64,000 nucleotides of DNA from the human T2T-CHM13v2.0 reference genome, Homo sapiens: the NCBI RefSeq assembly GCF_009914755.1, contig NC_060938.1. One strand, written 5' to 3'. Below the pieces are notes generated by a model. That model was not told the origin of the DNA, ran no database searches, and worked only from the letters and a program-made list of their open reading frames with translations. Positions 26,901-41,900 of this stretch are shown here, piece after piece (positions within the stretch are counted from its first letter, which is position 1; each line of letters opens with the position of its first letter). A program made the position numbers and the translations under genes.

Positions 26901-29900
26901 CTTCTGTCTAGTTTTTATTTGAAGATATTTCCTTTCTCACCATAGACCTGAAAGCTGTCCTAATGTTCACTTCCAGTTACTACAGAGTGTTTCAAAACTG
27001 CTGTACGAAAGGGAATGTTCAACTCTGTGACTTGAATGCACACATCACAAAGAAGTTTCTGAGGATGCTGCTGTCTACTTTTTATACTTAATCCCGTTTC
27101 CAACGAAATCCTCCAAGCTATCCAAATATCCACTTGCAGATTCCACAGAAAGACTGTTTCAAAACTGCTCTGTCAATAGAAAGGTTCAACTCTGTTAGCT
27201 GCGTGCATATATCCCAAAGCAGATTCTGAGATTGCTTCTGTCTAGTTTTTATGGGAAGATATTTCCCTTTTCACCGTAGGCGTCAAGGCGCTCCAAATGT
27301 CCACTTCCAGATACTACAAAAAGAGTGTTTCAAACCTACTCTGTGAAAGGGAATATTCAACTCTGTGACTTGAATGCACATATCACAAGGAAGTTTCTGA
27401 GAATGCTTCTGTCGAGATTTTATATGAAGATATTCCCGTTTCCAACGAAATCCTGAAATCTATCCAAATATCCCCTCGCAGATTCTACAAAAAGAGTGTT
27501 TCAAAACTGCTCTTTAAAAAGAAAGGTTCAACTCTGTTAGTTGAGTACACACATCACAAACAAGTTTCACAGAATGCTTCTTTCTAGCTTGTAGGGGAAG
27601 ATATTCCCTTTATCACCATGGGCCTCAAACCGTCCGATAAGTCCACTTCCATATACTACAAAAAGAGCGTTTCAAACCTGCTCTATGAAAGGCAACGTTC
27701 AACTCTGTGACTTGAATGCAGACATCACAGAGCAGTTTCTGAGAATGCTTCTGTCTAGATTTTATAGGAAGATATTCCCGTTTCCAACGAAATCTTCACA
27801 GCTATCCAAATATCCACTTGCAGATTCTACAAAAAGAGTGTATCAAAACTGCTCTGTCAAAAGGAAGGTTCTTCTCTGTTAGGTGAGTGCATACGTCATA
27901 AAGGAGTTTCTGAGAATGTTTCTGTCTAGTGGTTATGGGAAGATATTTGCTTTTTCCCCGTAGGCCTCAGGGCGCTCCAAATGTCCACTTGCACATGCTA
28001 CAAAAAGAGTGCTTCAAAGCTGCTCTCTGAAAGGGAATGTTCAACTCTATGAGTTGAATGCAAACATCACAAAGACGTTTCTGAGAATGCTTCTGTCTAG
28101 ATTTGATATGAAGATATTCCCGTTTCCAACGAAATCTTCAAATCTATCCAAATGTCCACTTGCAGATTCAACAAAAAGTGTTTTTCAGAACTGCTCTATC
28201 AAAAGAAAGATCCACCTCTGTTAGCTGAGTTCAGACATCACAAACAAGTTTATGAGAATGCTTCTGTCTAGTTTTTATTTGAAGATATTTCCTTTCTCAC
28301 CATAGACCTGAAAGCTGTCCTAATGTTCACTTCCAGTTACTACAGAGTGTTTCAAAACTGCTGTACGAAAGGGAATGTTCAACTCTGTGACTTGAATGCA
28401 CACATCACAAAGAAGTTTCTGAGGATGCTGCTGTCTACTTTTTATACTTAATCCCGTTTCCAACGAAATCCTCCAAGCTATCCAAATATCCACTTGCAGA
28501 TTCCACAGAAAGACTGTTTCAAAACTGCTCTGTCAATAGAAAGGTTCAACTCTGTTAGCTGCGTGCATATATCCCAAAGAAGATTCTGAGATTGCTTCTG
28601 TCTAGTTTTTATGGGAAGATATTTCCCTTTTCACCGTAGGCGTCAAGGCGCTCCAAATGTCCACTTCCAGATACTACAAAAAGAGTGTTTCAAACCTACT
28701 CTGTGAAAGGGAATATTCAACTCTGTGACTTGAATGCACATATCACAAGGAAGTTTCTGAGAATGCTTCTGTCGAGATTTTATATGAAGATATTCCCGTT
28801 TCCAACGAAATCCTGAAATCTATCCAAATATCCCCTCGCAGATTCTACAAAAAGAGTGTTTCAAAACTGCTCTGTAAAAAGAAAGGTTCAACTCTGTTAG
28901 TTGAGTACACACATCACAAACAAGTTTCACAGAATGCTTCTTTCTAGCTTGTAGGGGAAGATATTCCCTTTATCACCATGGGCCTCAAACCGTCCGATAA
29001 GTCCACTTCCATATACTACAAAAAGAGCGTTTCAAACCTGCTCTATGAAAGGCAACGTTCAACTCTGTGACTTGAATGCAGACATCACAGAGCAGTTTCT
29101 GAGAATGCTTCTGTCTAGATTTTATAGGAAGATATTCCCGTTTCCAACGAAATCTTCACAGCTATCCAAATATCCACTTGCAGATTCTACAAAAAGAGTG
29201 TATCAAAACTGCTCTGTCAAAAGGAAGGTTCTTCTCTGTTAGGTGAGTGCATACGTCATAAAGGAGTTTCTGAGAATGTTTCTGTCTAGTGGTTATGGGA
29301 AGATATTTGCTTTTTCCCCGTAGGCCTCAGGGCGCTCCAAATGTCCACTTGCACATGCTACAAAAAGAGTGCTTCAAAGCTGCTCTCTGAAAGGGAATGT
29401 TCAACTCTATGAGTTGAATGCAAACATCGCAAAGACGTTTCTGAGAATGCTTCTGTCTAGATTTGATATGAAGATATTCCCGTTTCCAACGAAATCTTCA
29501 AATCTATCCAAATGTCCACTTGCAGATTCAACAAAAAGTGTTTTTCAGAACTGCTCTATCAAAAGAAAGATCCACCTCTGTTAGCTGAGTTCAGACATCA
29601 CAAACAAGTTTATGAGAATGCTTCTGTCTAGTTTTTATTTGAAGATATTTCCTTTCTCACCATAGACCTGAAAGCTGTCCTAATGTTCACTTCCAGTTAC
29701 TACAGAAAGAGTATTTCAAAACTGCTGTACGAAAGGGAATGTTCAACTCTGTGACTTGAATGCACACATCACAAAGAAGTTTCTGAGGATGCTGCTGTCT
29801 ACTTTTTATACTTAATCCCGTTTCCAACGAAATCCTCCAAGCTATCCAAATATCCACTTGCAGATTCCACAGAAAGACTGTTTCAAAACTGCTCTGTCAA

Positions 29901-32900
29901 TAGAAAGGTTCAACTCTGTTAGCTGCGTGCATATATCCCAAAGCAGATTCTGAGATTGCTTCTGTCTAGTTTTTATGGGAAGATATTTCCCTTTTCACCG
30001 TAGGCGTCAAGGCGCTCCAAATGTCCACTTCCAGATACTACAAAAAGAGTGTTTCAAACCTACTCTGTGAAAGGGAATATTCAACTCTGTGACTTGAATG
30101 CACATATCACAAGGAAGTTTCTGAGAATGCTTCTGTCGAGATTTTATATGAAGATATTCCCGTTTCCAACGAAATCCTGAAATCTATCCAAATATCCCCT
30201 CGCAGATTCTACAAAAAGAGTGTTTCAAAACTGCTCTTTAAAAAGAAAGGTTCAACTCTGTTAGTTGAGTACACACATCACAAACAAGTTTCACAGAATG
30301 CTTCTTTCTAGCTTGTAGGGGAAGATATTCCCTTTATCACCATGGGCCTCAAACCGTCCGATAAGTCCACTTCCATATACTACAAAAAGAGCGTTTCAAA
30401 CCTGCTCTATGAAAGGCAACGTTCAACTCTGTGACTTGAATGCAGACATCACAGAGCAGTTTCTGAGAATGCTTCTGTCTAGATTTTATAGGAAGATATT
30501 CCCGTTTCCAACGAAATCTTCACAGCTATCCAAATATCCACTTGCAGATTCTACAAAAAGAGTGTATCAAAACTGCTCTGTCAAAAGGAAGGTTCTTCTC
30601 TGTTAGGTGAGTGCATACGTCATAAAGGAGTTTCTGAGAATGTTTCTGTCTAGTGGTTATGGGAAGATATTTGCTTTTTCCCCGTAGGCCTCAGGGCGCT
30701 CCAAATGTCCACTTGCACATGCTACAAAAAGAGTGCTTCAAAGCTGCTCTCTGAAAGGGAATGTTCAACTCTATGAGTTGAATGCAAACATCACAAAGAC
30801 GTTTCTGAGAATGCTTCTGTCTAGATTTGATATGAAGATATTCCCGTTTCCAACGAAATCTTCAAATCTATCCAAATGTCCACTTGCAGATTCAACAAAA
30901 AGTGTTTTTCAGAACTGCTCTATCAAAAGAAAGATCCACCTCTGTTAGCTGAGTTCAGACATCACAAACAAGTTTATGAGAATGCTTCTGTCTAGTTTTT
31001 ATTTGAAGATATTTCCTTTCTCACCATAGACCTGAAAGCTGTCCTAATGTTCACTTCCAGTTACTACAGAGTGTTTCAAAACTGCTGTACGAAAGGGAAT
31101 GTTCAACTCTGTGACTTGAATGCACACATCACAAAGAAGTTTCTGAGGATGCTGCTGTCTACTTTTTATACTTAATCCCGTTTCCAACGAAATCCTCCAA
31201 GCTATCCAAATATCCACTTGCAGATTCCACAGAAAGACTGTTTCAAAACTGCTCTGTCAATAGAAAGGTTCAACTCTGTTAGCTGCGTGCATATATCCCA
31301 AAGAAGATTCTGAGATTGCTTCTGTCTAGTTTTTATGGGAAGATATTTCCCTTTTCACCGTAGGCGTCAAGGCGCTCCAAATGTCCACTTCCAGATACTA
31401 CAAAAAGAGTGTTTCAAACCTACTCTGTGAAAGGGAATATTCAACTCTGTGACTTGAATGCACATATCACAAGGAAGTTTCTGAGAATGCTTCTGTCGAG
31501 ATTTTATATGAAGATATTCCCGTTTCCAACGAAATCCTGAAATCTATCCAAATATCCCCTCGCAGATTCTACAAAAAGAGTGTTTCAAAACTGCTCTGTA
31601 AAAAGAAAGGTTCAACTCTGTTAGTTGAGTACACACATCACAAACAAGTTTCACAGAATGCTTCTTTCTAGCTTGTAGGGGAAGATATTCCCTTTATCAC
31701 CATGGGCCTCAAACCGTCCGATAAGTCCACTTCCATATACTACAAAAAGAGCGTTTCAAACCTGCTCTATGAAAGGCAACGTTCAACTCTGTGACTTGAA
31801 TGCAGACATCACAGAGCAGTTTCTGAGAATGCTTCTGTCTAGATTTTATAGGAAGATATTCCCGTTTCCAACGAAATCTTCACAGCTATCCAAATATCCA
31901 CTTGCAGATTCTACAAAAAGAGTGTATCAAAACTGCTCTGTCAAAAGGAAGGTTCTTCTCTGTTAGGTGAGTGCATACGTCATAAAGGAGTTTCTGAGAA
32001 TGTTTCTGTCTAGTGGTTATGGGAAGATATTTGCTTTTTCCCCGTAGGCCTCAGGGCGCTCCAAATGTCCACTTGCACATGCTACAAAAAGAGTGCTTCA
32101 AAGCTGCTCTCTGAAAGGGAATGTTCAACTCTATGAGTTGAATGCAAACATCGCAAAGACGTTTCTGAGAATGCTTCTGTCTAGATTTGATATGAAGATA
32201 TTCCCGTTTCCAACGAAATCTTCAAATCTATCCAAATGTCCACTTGCAGATTCAACAAAAAGTGTTTTTCAGAACTGCTCTATCAAAAGAAAGATCCACC
32301 TCTGTTAGCTGAGTTCAGACATCACAAACAAGTTTATGAGAATGCTTCTGTCTAGTTTTTATTTGAAGATATTTCCTTTCTCACCATAGACCTGAAAGCT
32401 GTCCTAATGTTCACTTCCAGTTACTACAGAAAGAGTATTTCAAAACTGCTGTACGAAAGGGAATGTTCAACTCTGTGACTTGAATGCACACATCACAAAG
32501 AAGTTTCTGAGGATGCTGCTGTCTACTTTTTATACTTAATCCCGTTTCCAACGAAATCCTCCAAGCTATCCAAATATCCACTTGCAGATTCCACAGAAAG
32601 ACTGTTTCAAAACTGCTCTGTCAATAGAAAGGTTCAACTCTGTTAGCTGCGTGCATATATCCCAAAGCAGATTCTGAGATTGCTTCTGTCTAGTTTTTAT
32701 GGGAAGATATTTCCCTTTTCACCGTAGGCGTCAAGGCGCTCCAAATGTCCACTTCCAGATACTACAAAAAGAGTGTTTCAAACCTACTCTGTGAAAGGGA
32801 ATATTCAACTCTGTGACTTGAATGCACATATCACAAGGAAGTTTCTGAGAATGCTTCTGTCGAGATTTTATATGAAGATATTCCCGTTTCCAACGAAATC

Positions 32901-35900
32901 CTGAAATCTATCCAAATATCCCCTCGCAGATTCTACAAAAAGAGTGTTTCAAAACTGCTCTTTAAAAAGAAAGGTTCAACTCTGTTAGTTGAGTACACAC
33001 ATCACAAACAAGTTTCACAGAATGCTTCTTTCTAGCTTGTAGGGGAAGATATTCCCTTTATCACCATGGGCCTCAAACCGTCCGATAAGTCCACTTCCAT
33101 ATACTACAAAAAGAGCGTTTCAAACCTGCTCTATGAAAGGCAACGTTCAACTCTGTGACTTGAATGCAGACATCACAGAGCAGTTTCTGAGAATGCTTCT
33201 GTCTAGATTTTATAGGAAGATATTCCCGTTTCCAACGAAATCTTCACAGCTATCCAAATATCCACTTGCAGATTCTACAAAAAGAGTGTATCAAAACTGC
33301 TCTGTCAAAAGGAAGGTTCTTCTCTGTTAGGTGAGTGCATACGTCATAAAGGAGTTTCTGAGAATGTTTCTGTCTAGTGGTTATGGGAAGATATTTGCTT
33401 TTTCCCCGTAGGCCTCAGGGCGCTCCAAATGTCCACTTGCACATGCTACAAAAAGAGTGCTTCAAAGCTGCTCTCTGAAAGGGAATGTTCAACTCTATGA
33501 GTTGAATGCAAACATCACAAAGACGTTTCTGAGAATGCTTCTGTCTAGATTTGATATGAAGATATTCCCGTTTCCAACGAAATCTTCAAATCTATCCAAA
33601 TGTCCACTTGCAGATTCAACAAAAAGTGTTTTTCAGAACTGCTCTATCAAAAGAAAGATCCACCTCTGTTAGCTGAGTTCAGACATCACAAACAAGTTTA
33701 TGAGAATGCTTCTGTCTAGTTTTTATTTGAAGATATTTCCTTTCTCACCATAGACCTGAAAGCTGTCCTAATGTTCACTTCCAGTTACTACAGAGTGTTT
33801 CAAAACTGCTGTACGAAAGGGAATGTTCAACTCTGTGACTTGAATGCACACATCACAAAGAAGTTTCTGAGGATGCTGCTGTCTACTTTTTATACTTAAT
33901 CCCGTTTCCAACGAAATCCTCCAAGCTATCCAAATATCCACTTGCAGATTCCACAGAAAGACTGTTTCAAAACTGCTCTGTCAATAGAAAGGTTCAACTC
34001 TGTTAGCTGCGTGCATATATCCCAAAGAAGATTCTGAGATTGCTTCTGTCTAGTTTTTATGGGAAGATATTTCCCTTTTCACCGTAGGCGTCAAGGCGCT
34101 CCAAATGTCCACTTCCAGATACTACAAAAAGAGTGTTTCAAACCTACTCTGTGAAAGGGAATATTCAACTCTGTGACTTGAATGCACATATCACAAGGAA
34201 GTTTCTGAGAATGCTTCTGTCGAGATTTTATATGAAGATATTCCCGTTTCCAACGAAATCCTGAAATCTATCCAAATATCCCCTCGCAGATTCTACAAAA
34301 AGAGTGTTTCAAAACTGCTCTTTAAAAAGAAAGGTTCAACTCTGTTAGTTGAGTACACACATCACAAACAAGTTTCACAGAATGCTTCTTTCTAGCTTGT
34401 AGGGGAAGATATTCCCTTTATCACCATGGGCCTCAAACCGTCCGATAAGTCCACTTCCATATACTACAAAAAGAGCGTTTCAAACCTGCTCTATGAAAGG
34501 CAACGTTCAACTCTGTGACTTGAATGCAGACATCACAGAGCAGTTTCTGAGAATGCTTCTGTCTAGATTTTATAGGAAGATATTCCCGTTTCCAACGAAA
34601 TCTTCACAGCTATCCAAATATCCACTTGCAGATTCTACAAAAAGAGTGTATCAAAACTGCTCTGTCAAAAGGAAGGTTCTTCTCTGTTAGGTGAGTGCAT
34701 ACGTCATAAAGGAGTTTCTGAGAATGTTTCTGTCTAGTGGTTATGGGAAGATATTTGCTTTTTCCCCGTAGGCCTCAGGGCGCTCCAAATGTCCACTTGC
34801 ACATGCTACAAAAAGAGTGCTTCAAAGCTGCTCTCTGAAAGGGAATGTTCAACTCTATGAGTTGAATGCAAACATCACAAAGACGTTTCTGAGAATGCTT
34901 CTGTCTAGATTTGATATGAAGATATTCCCGTTTCCAACGAAATCTTCAAATCTATCCAAATGTCCACTTGCAGATTCAACAAAAAGTGTTTTTCAGAACT
35001 GCTCTATCAAAAGAAAGATCCACCTCTGTTAGCTGAGTTCAGACATCACAAACAAGTTTATGAGAATGCTTCTGTCTAGTTTTTATTTGAAGATATTTCC
35101 TTTCTCACCATAGACCTGAAAGCTGTCCTAATGTTCACTTCCAGTTACTACAGAGTGTTTCAAAACTGCTGTACGAAAGGGAATGTTCAACTCTGTGACT
35201 TGAATGCACACATCACAAAGAAGTTTCTGAGGATGCTGCTGTCTACTTTTTATACTTAATCCCGTTTCCAACGAAATCCTCCAAGCTATCCAAATATCCA
35301 CTTGCAGATTCCACAGAAAGACTGTTTCAAAACTGCTCTGTCAATAGAAAGGTTCAACTCTGTTAGCTGCGTGCATATATCCCAAAGAAGATTCTGAGAT
35401 TGCTTCTGTCTAGTTTTTATGGGAAGATATTTCCCTTTTCACCGTAGGCGTCAAGGCGCTCCAAATGTCCACTTCCAGATACTACAAAAAGAGTGTTTCA
35501 AACCTACTCTGTGAAAGGGAATATTCAACTCTGTGACTTGAATGCACATATCACAAGGAAGTTTCTGAGAATGCTTCTGTCGAGATTTTATATGAAGATA
35601 TTCCCGTTTCCAACGAAATCCTGAAATCTATCCAAATATCCCCTCGCAGATTCTACAAAAAGAGTGTTTCAAAACTGCTCTGTAAAAAGAAAGGTTCAAC
35701 TCTGTTAGTTGAGTACACACATCACAAACAAGTTTCACAGAATGCTTCTTTCTAGCTTGTAGGGGAAGATATTCCCTTTATCACCATGGGCCTCAAACCG
35801 TCCGATAAGTCCACTTCCATATACTACAAAAAGAGCGTTTCAAACCTGCTCTATGAAAGGCAACGTTCAACTCTGTGACTTGAATGCAGACATCACAGAG

Positions 35901-38900
35901 CAGTTTCTGAGAATGCTTCTGTCTAGATTTTATAGGAAGATATTCCCGTTTCCAACGAAATCTTCACAGCTATCCAAATATCCACTTGCAGATTCTACAA
36001 AAAGAGTGTATCAAAACTGCTCTGTCAAAAGGAAGGTTCTTCTCTGTTAGGTGAGTGCATACGTCATAAAGGAGTTTCTGAGAATGTTTCTGTCTAGTGG
36101 TTATGGGAAGATATTTGCTTTTTCCCCGTAGGCCTCAGGGCGCTCCAAATGTCCACTTGCACATGCTACAAAAAGAGTGCTTCAAAGCTGCTCTCTGAAA
36201 GGGAATGTTCAACTCTATGAGTTGAATGCAAACATCGCAAAGACGTTTCTGAGAATGCTTCTGTCTAGATTTGATATGAAGATATTCCCGTTTCCAACGA
36301 AATCTTCAAATCTATCCAAATGTCCACTTGCAGATTCAACAAAAAGTGTTTTTCAGAACTGCTCTATCAAAAGAAAGATCCACCTCTGTTAGCTGAGTTC
36401 AGACATCACAAACAAGTTTATGAGAATGCTTCTGTCTAGTTTTTATTTGAAGATATTTCCTTTCTCACCATAGACCTGAAAGCTGTCCTAATGTTCACTT
36501 CCAGTTACTACAGAAAGAGTATTTCAAAACTGCTGTACGAAAGGGAATGTTCAACTCTGTGACTTGAATGCACACATCACAAAGAAGTTTCTGAGGATGC
36601 TGCTGTCTACTTTTTATACTTAATCCCGTTTCCAACGAAATCCTCCAAGCTATCCAAATATCCACTTGCAGATTCCACAGAAAGACTGTTTCAAAACTGC
36701 TCTGTCAATAGAAAGGTTCAACTCTGTTAGCTGCGTGCATATATCCCAAAGCAGATTCTGAGATTGCTTCTGTCTAGTTTTTATGGGAAGATATTTCCCT
36801 TTTCACCGTAGGCGTCAAGGCGCTCCAAATGTCCACTTCCAGATACTACAAAAAGAGTGTTTCAAACCTACTCTGTGAAAGGGAATATTCAACTCTGTGA
36901 CTTGAATGCACATATCACAAGGAAGTTTCTGAGAATGCTTCTGTCGAGATTTTATATGAAGATATTCCCGTTTCCAACGAAATCCTGAAATCTATCCAAA
37001 TATCCCCTCGCAGATTCTACAAAAAGAGTGTTTCAAAACTGCTCTTTAAAAAGAAAGGTTCAACTCTGTTAGTTGAGTACACACATCACAAACAAGTTTC
37101 ACAGAATGCTTCTTTCTAGCTTGTAGGGGAAGATATTCCCTTTATCACCATGGGCCTCAAACCGTCCGATAAGTCCACTTCCATATACTACAAAAAGAGC
37201 GTTTCAAACCTGCTCTATGAAAGGCAACGTTCAACTCTGTGACTTGAATGCAGACATCACAGAGCAGTTTCTGAGAATGCTTCTGTCTAGATTTTATAGG
37301 AAGATATTCCCGTTTCCAACGAAATCTTCACAGCTATCCAAATATCCACTTGCAGATTCTACAAAAAGAGTGTATCAAAACTGCTCTGTCAAAAGGAAGG
37401 TTCTTCTCTGTTAGGTGAGTGCATACGTCATAAAGGAGTTTCTGAGAATGTTTCTGTCTAGTGGTTATGGGAAGATATTTGCTTTTTCCCCGTAGGCCTC
37501 AGGGCGCTCCAAATGTCCACTTGCACATGCTACAAAAAGAGTGCTTCAAAGCTGCTCTCTGAAAGGGAATGTTCAACTCTATGAGTTGAATGCAAACATC
37601 ACAAAGACGTTTCTGAGAATGCTTCTGTCTAGATTTGATATGAAGATATTCCCGTTTCCAACGAAATCTTCAAATCTATCCAAATGTCCACTTGCAGATT
37701 CAACAAAAAGTGTTTTTCAGAACTGCTCTATCAAAAGAAAGATCCACCTCTGTTAGCTGAGTTCAGACATCACAAACAAGTTTATGAGAATGCTTCTGTC
37801 TAGTTTTTATTTGAAGATATTTCCTTTCTCACCATAGACCTGAAAGCTGTCCTAATGTTCACTTCCAGTTACTACAGAAAGAGTATTTCAAAACTGCTGT
37901 ACGAAAGGGAATGTTCAACTCTGTGACTTGAATGCACACATCACAAAGAAGTTTCTGAGGATGCTGCTGTCTACTTTTTATACTTAATCCCGTTTCCAAC
38001 GAAATCCTCCAAGCTATCCAAATATCCACTTGCAGATTCCACAGAAAGACTGTTTCAAAACTGCTCTGTCAATAGAAAGGTTCAACTCTGTTAGCTGCGT
38101 GCATATATCCCAAAGCAGATTCTGAGATTGCTTCTGTCTAGTTTTTATGGGAAGATATTTCCCTTTTCACCGTAGGCGTCAAGGCGCTCCAAATGTCCAC
38201 TTCCAGATACTACAAAAAGAGTGTTTCAAACCTACTCTGTGAAAGGGAATATTCAACTCTGTGACTTGAATGCACATATCACAAGGAAGTTTCTGAGAAT
38301 GCTTCTGTCGAGATTTTATATGAAGATATTCCCGTTTCCAACGAAATCCTGAAATCTATCCAAATATCCCCTCGCAGATTCTACAAAAAGAGTGTTTCAA
38401 AACTGCTCTTTAAAAAGAAAGGTTCAACTCTGTTAGTTGAGTACACACATCACAAACAAGTTTCACAGAATGCTTCTTTCTAGCTTGTAGGGGAAGATAT
38501 TCCCTTTATCACCATGGGCCTCAAACCGTCCGATAAGTCCACTTCCATATACTACAAAAAGAGCGTTTCAAACCTGCTCTATGAAAGGCAACGTTCAACT
38601 CTGTGACTTGAATGCAGACATCACAGAGCAGTTTCTGAGAATGCTTCTGTCTAGATTTTATAGGAAGATATTCCCGTTTCCAACGAAATCTTCACAGCTA
38701 TCCAAATATCCACTTGCAGATTCTACAAAAAGAGTGTATCAAAACTGCTCTGTCAAAAGGAAGGTTCTTCTCTGTTAGGTGAGTGCATACGTCATAAAGG
38801 AGTTTCTGAGAATGTTTCTGTCTAGTGGTTATGGGAAGATATTTGCTTTTTCCCCGTAGGCCTCAGGGCGCTCCAAATGTCCACTTGCACATGCTACAAA

Positions 38901-41900
38901 AAGAGTGCTTCAAAGCTGCTCTCTGAAAGGGAATGTTCAACTCTATGAGTTGAATGCAAACATCACAAAGACGTTTCTGAGAATGCTTCTGTCTAGATTT
39001 GATATGAAGATATTCCCGTTTCCAACGAAATCTTCAAATCTATCCAAATGTCCACTTGCAGATTCAACAAAAAGTGTTTTTCAGAACTGCTCTATCAAAA
39101 GAAAGATCCACCTCTGTTAGCTGAGTTCAGACATCACAAACAAGTTTATGAGAATGCTTCTGTCTAGTTTTTATTTGAAGATATTTCCTTTCTCACCATA
39201 GACCTGAAAGCTGTCCTAATGTTCACTTCCAGTTACTACAGAGTGTTTCAAAACTGCTGTACGAAAGGGAATGTTCAACTCTGTGACTTGAATGCACACA
39301 TCACAAAGAAGTTTCTGAGGATGCTGCTGTCTACTTTTTATACTTAATCCCGTTTCCAACGAAATCCTCCAAGCTATCCAAATATCCACTTGCAGATTCC
39401 ACAGAAAGACTGTTTCAAAACTGCTCTGTCAATAGAAAGGTTCAACTCTGTTAGCTGCGTGCATATATCCCAAAGAAGATTCTGAGATTGCTTCTGTCTA
39501 GTTTTTATGGGAAGATATTTCCCTTTTCACCGTAGGCGTCAAGGCGCTCCAAATGTCCACTTCCAGATACTACAAAAAGAGTGTTTCAAACCTACTCTGT
39601 GAAAGGGAATATTCAACTCTGTGACTTGAATGCACATATCACAAGGAAGTTTCTGAGAATGCTTCTGTCGAGATTTTATATGAAGATATTCCCGTTTCCA
39701 ACGAAATCCTGAAATCTATCCAAATATCCCCTCGCAGATTCTACAAAAAGAGTGTTTCAAAACTGCTCTGTAAAAAGAAAGGTTCAACTCTGTTAGTTGA
39801 GTACACACATCACAAACAAGTTTCACAGAATGCTTCTTTCTAGCTTGTAGGGGAAGATATTCCCTTTATCACCATGGGCCTCAAACCGTCCGATAAGTCC
39901 ACTTCCATATACTACAAAAAGAGCGTTTCAAACCTGCTCTATGAAAGGCAACGTTCAACTCTGTGACTTGAATGCAGACATCACAGAGCAGTTTCTGAGA
40001 ATGCTTCTGTCTAGATTTTATAGGAAGATATTCCCGTTTCCAACGAAATCTTCACAGCTATCCAAATATCCACTTGCAGATTCTACAAAAAGAGTGTATC
40101 AAAACTGCTCTGTCAAAAGGAAGGTTCTTCTCTGTTAGGTGAGTGCATACGTCATAAAGGAGTTTCTGAGAATGTTTCTGTCTAGTGGTTATGGGAAGAT
40201 ATTTGCTTTTTCCCCGTAGGCCTCAGGGCGCTCCAAATGTCCACTTGCACATGCTACAAAAAGAGTGCTTCAAAGCTGCTCTCTGAAAGGGAATGTTCAA
40301 CTCTATGAGTTGAATGCAAACATCGCAAAGACGTTTCTGAGAATGCTTCTGTCTAGATTTGATATGAAGATATTCCCGTTTCCAACGAAATCTTCAAATC
40401 TATCCAAATGTCCACTTGCAGATTCAACAAAAAGTGTTTTTCAGAACTGCTCTATCAAAAGAAAGATCCACCTCTGTTAGCTGAGTTCAGACATCACAAA
40501 CAAGTTTATGAGAATGCTTCTGTCTAGTTTTTATTTGAAGATATTTCCTTTCTCACCATAGACCTGAAAGCTGTCCTAATGTTCACTTCCAGTTACTACA
40601 GAAAGAGTATTTCAAAACTGCTGTACGAAAGGGAATGTTCAACTCTGTGACTTGAATGCACACATCACAAAGAAGTTTCTGAGGATGCTGCTGTCTACTT
40701 TTTATACTTAATCCCGTTTCCAACGAAATCCTCCAAGCTATCCAAATATCCACTTGCAGATTCCACAGAAAGACTGTTTCAAAACTGCTCTGTCAATAGA
40801 AAGGTTCAACTCTGTTAGCTGCGTGCATATATCCCAAAGCAGATTCTGAGATTGCTTCTGTCTAGTTTTTATGGGAAGATATTTCCCTTTTCACCGTAGG
40901 CGTCAAGGCGCTCCAAATGTCCACTTCCAGATACTACAAAAAGAGTGTTTCAAACCTACTCTGTGAAAGGGAATATTCAACTCTGTGACTTGAATGCACA
41001 TATCACAAGGAAGTTTCTGAGAATGCTTCTGTCGAGATTTTATATGAAGATATTCCCGTTTCCAACGAAATCCTGAAATCTATCCAAATATCCCCTCGCA
41101 GATTCTACAAAAAGAGTGTTTCAAAACTGCTCTTTAAAAAGAAAGGTTCAACTCTGTTAGTTGAGTACACACATCACAAACAAGTTTCACAGAATGCTTC
41201 TTTCTAGCTTGTAGGGGAAGATATTCCCTTTATCACCATGGGCCTCAAACCGTCCGATAAGTCCACTTCCATATACTACAAAAAGAGCGTTTCAAACCTG
41301 CTCTATGAAAGGCAACGTTCAACTCTGTGACTTGAATGCAGACATCACAGAGCAGTTTCTGAGAATGCTTCTGTCTAGATTTTATAGGAAGATATTCCCG
41401 TTTCCAACGAAATCTTCACAGCTATCCAAATATCCACTTGCAGATTCTACAAAAAGAGTGTATCAAAACTGCTCTGTCAAAAGGAAGGTTCTTCTCTGTT
41501 AGGTGAGTGCATACGTCATAAAGGAGTTTCTGAGAATGTTTCTGTCTAGTGGTTATGGGAAGATATTTGCTTTTTCCCCGTAGGCCTCAGGGCGCTCCAA
41601 ATGTCCACTTGCACATGCTACAAAAAGAGTGCTTCAAAGCTGCTCTCTGAAAGGGAATGTTCAACTCTATGAGTTGAATGCAAACATCACAAAGACGTTT
41701 CTGAGAATGCTTCTGTCTAGATTTGATATGAAGATATTCCCGTTTCCAACGAAATCTTCAAATCTATCCAAATGTCCACTTGCAGATTCAACAAAAAGTG
41801 TTTTTCAGAACTGCTCTATCAAAAGAAAGATCCACCTCTGTTAGCTGAGTTCAGACATCACAAACAAGTTTATGAGAATGCTTCTGTCTAGTTTTTATTT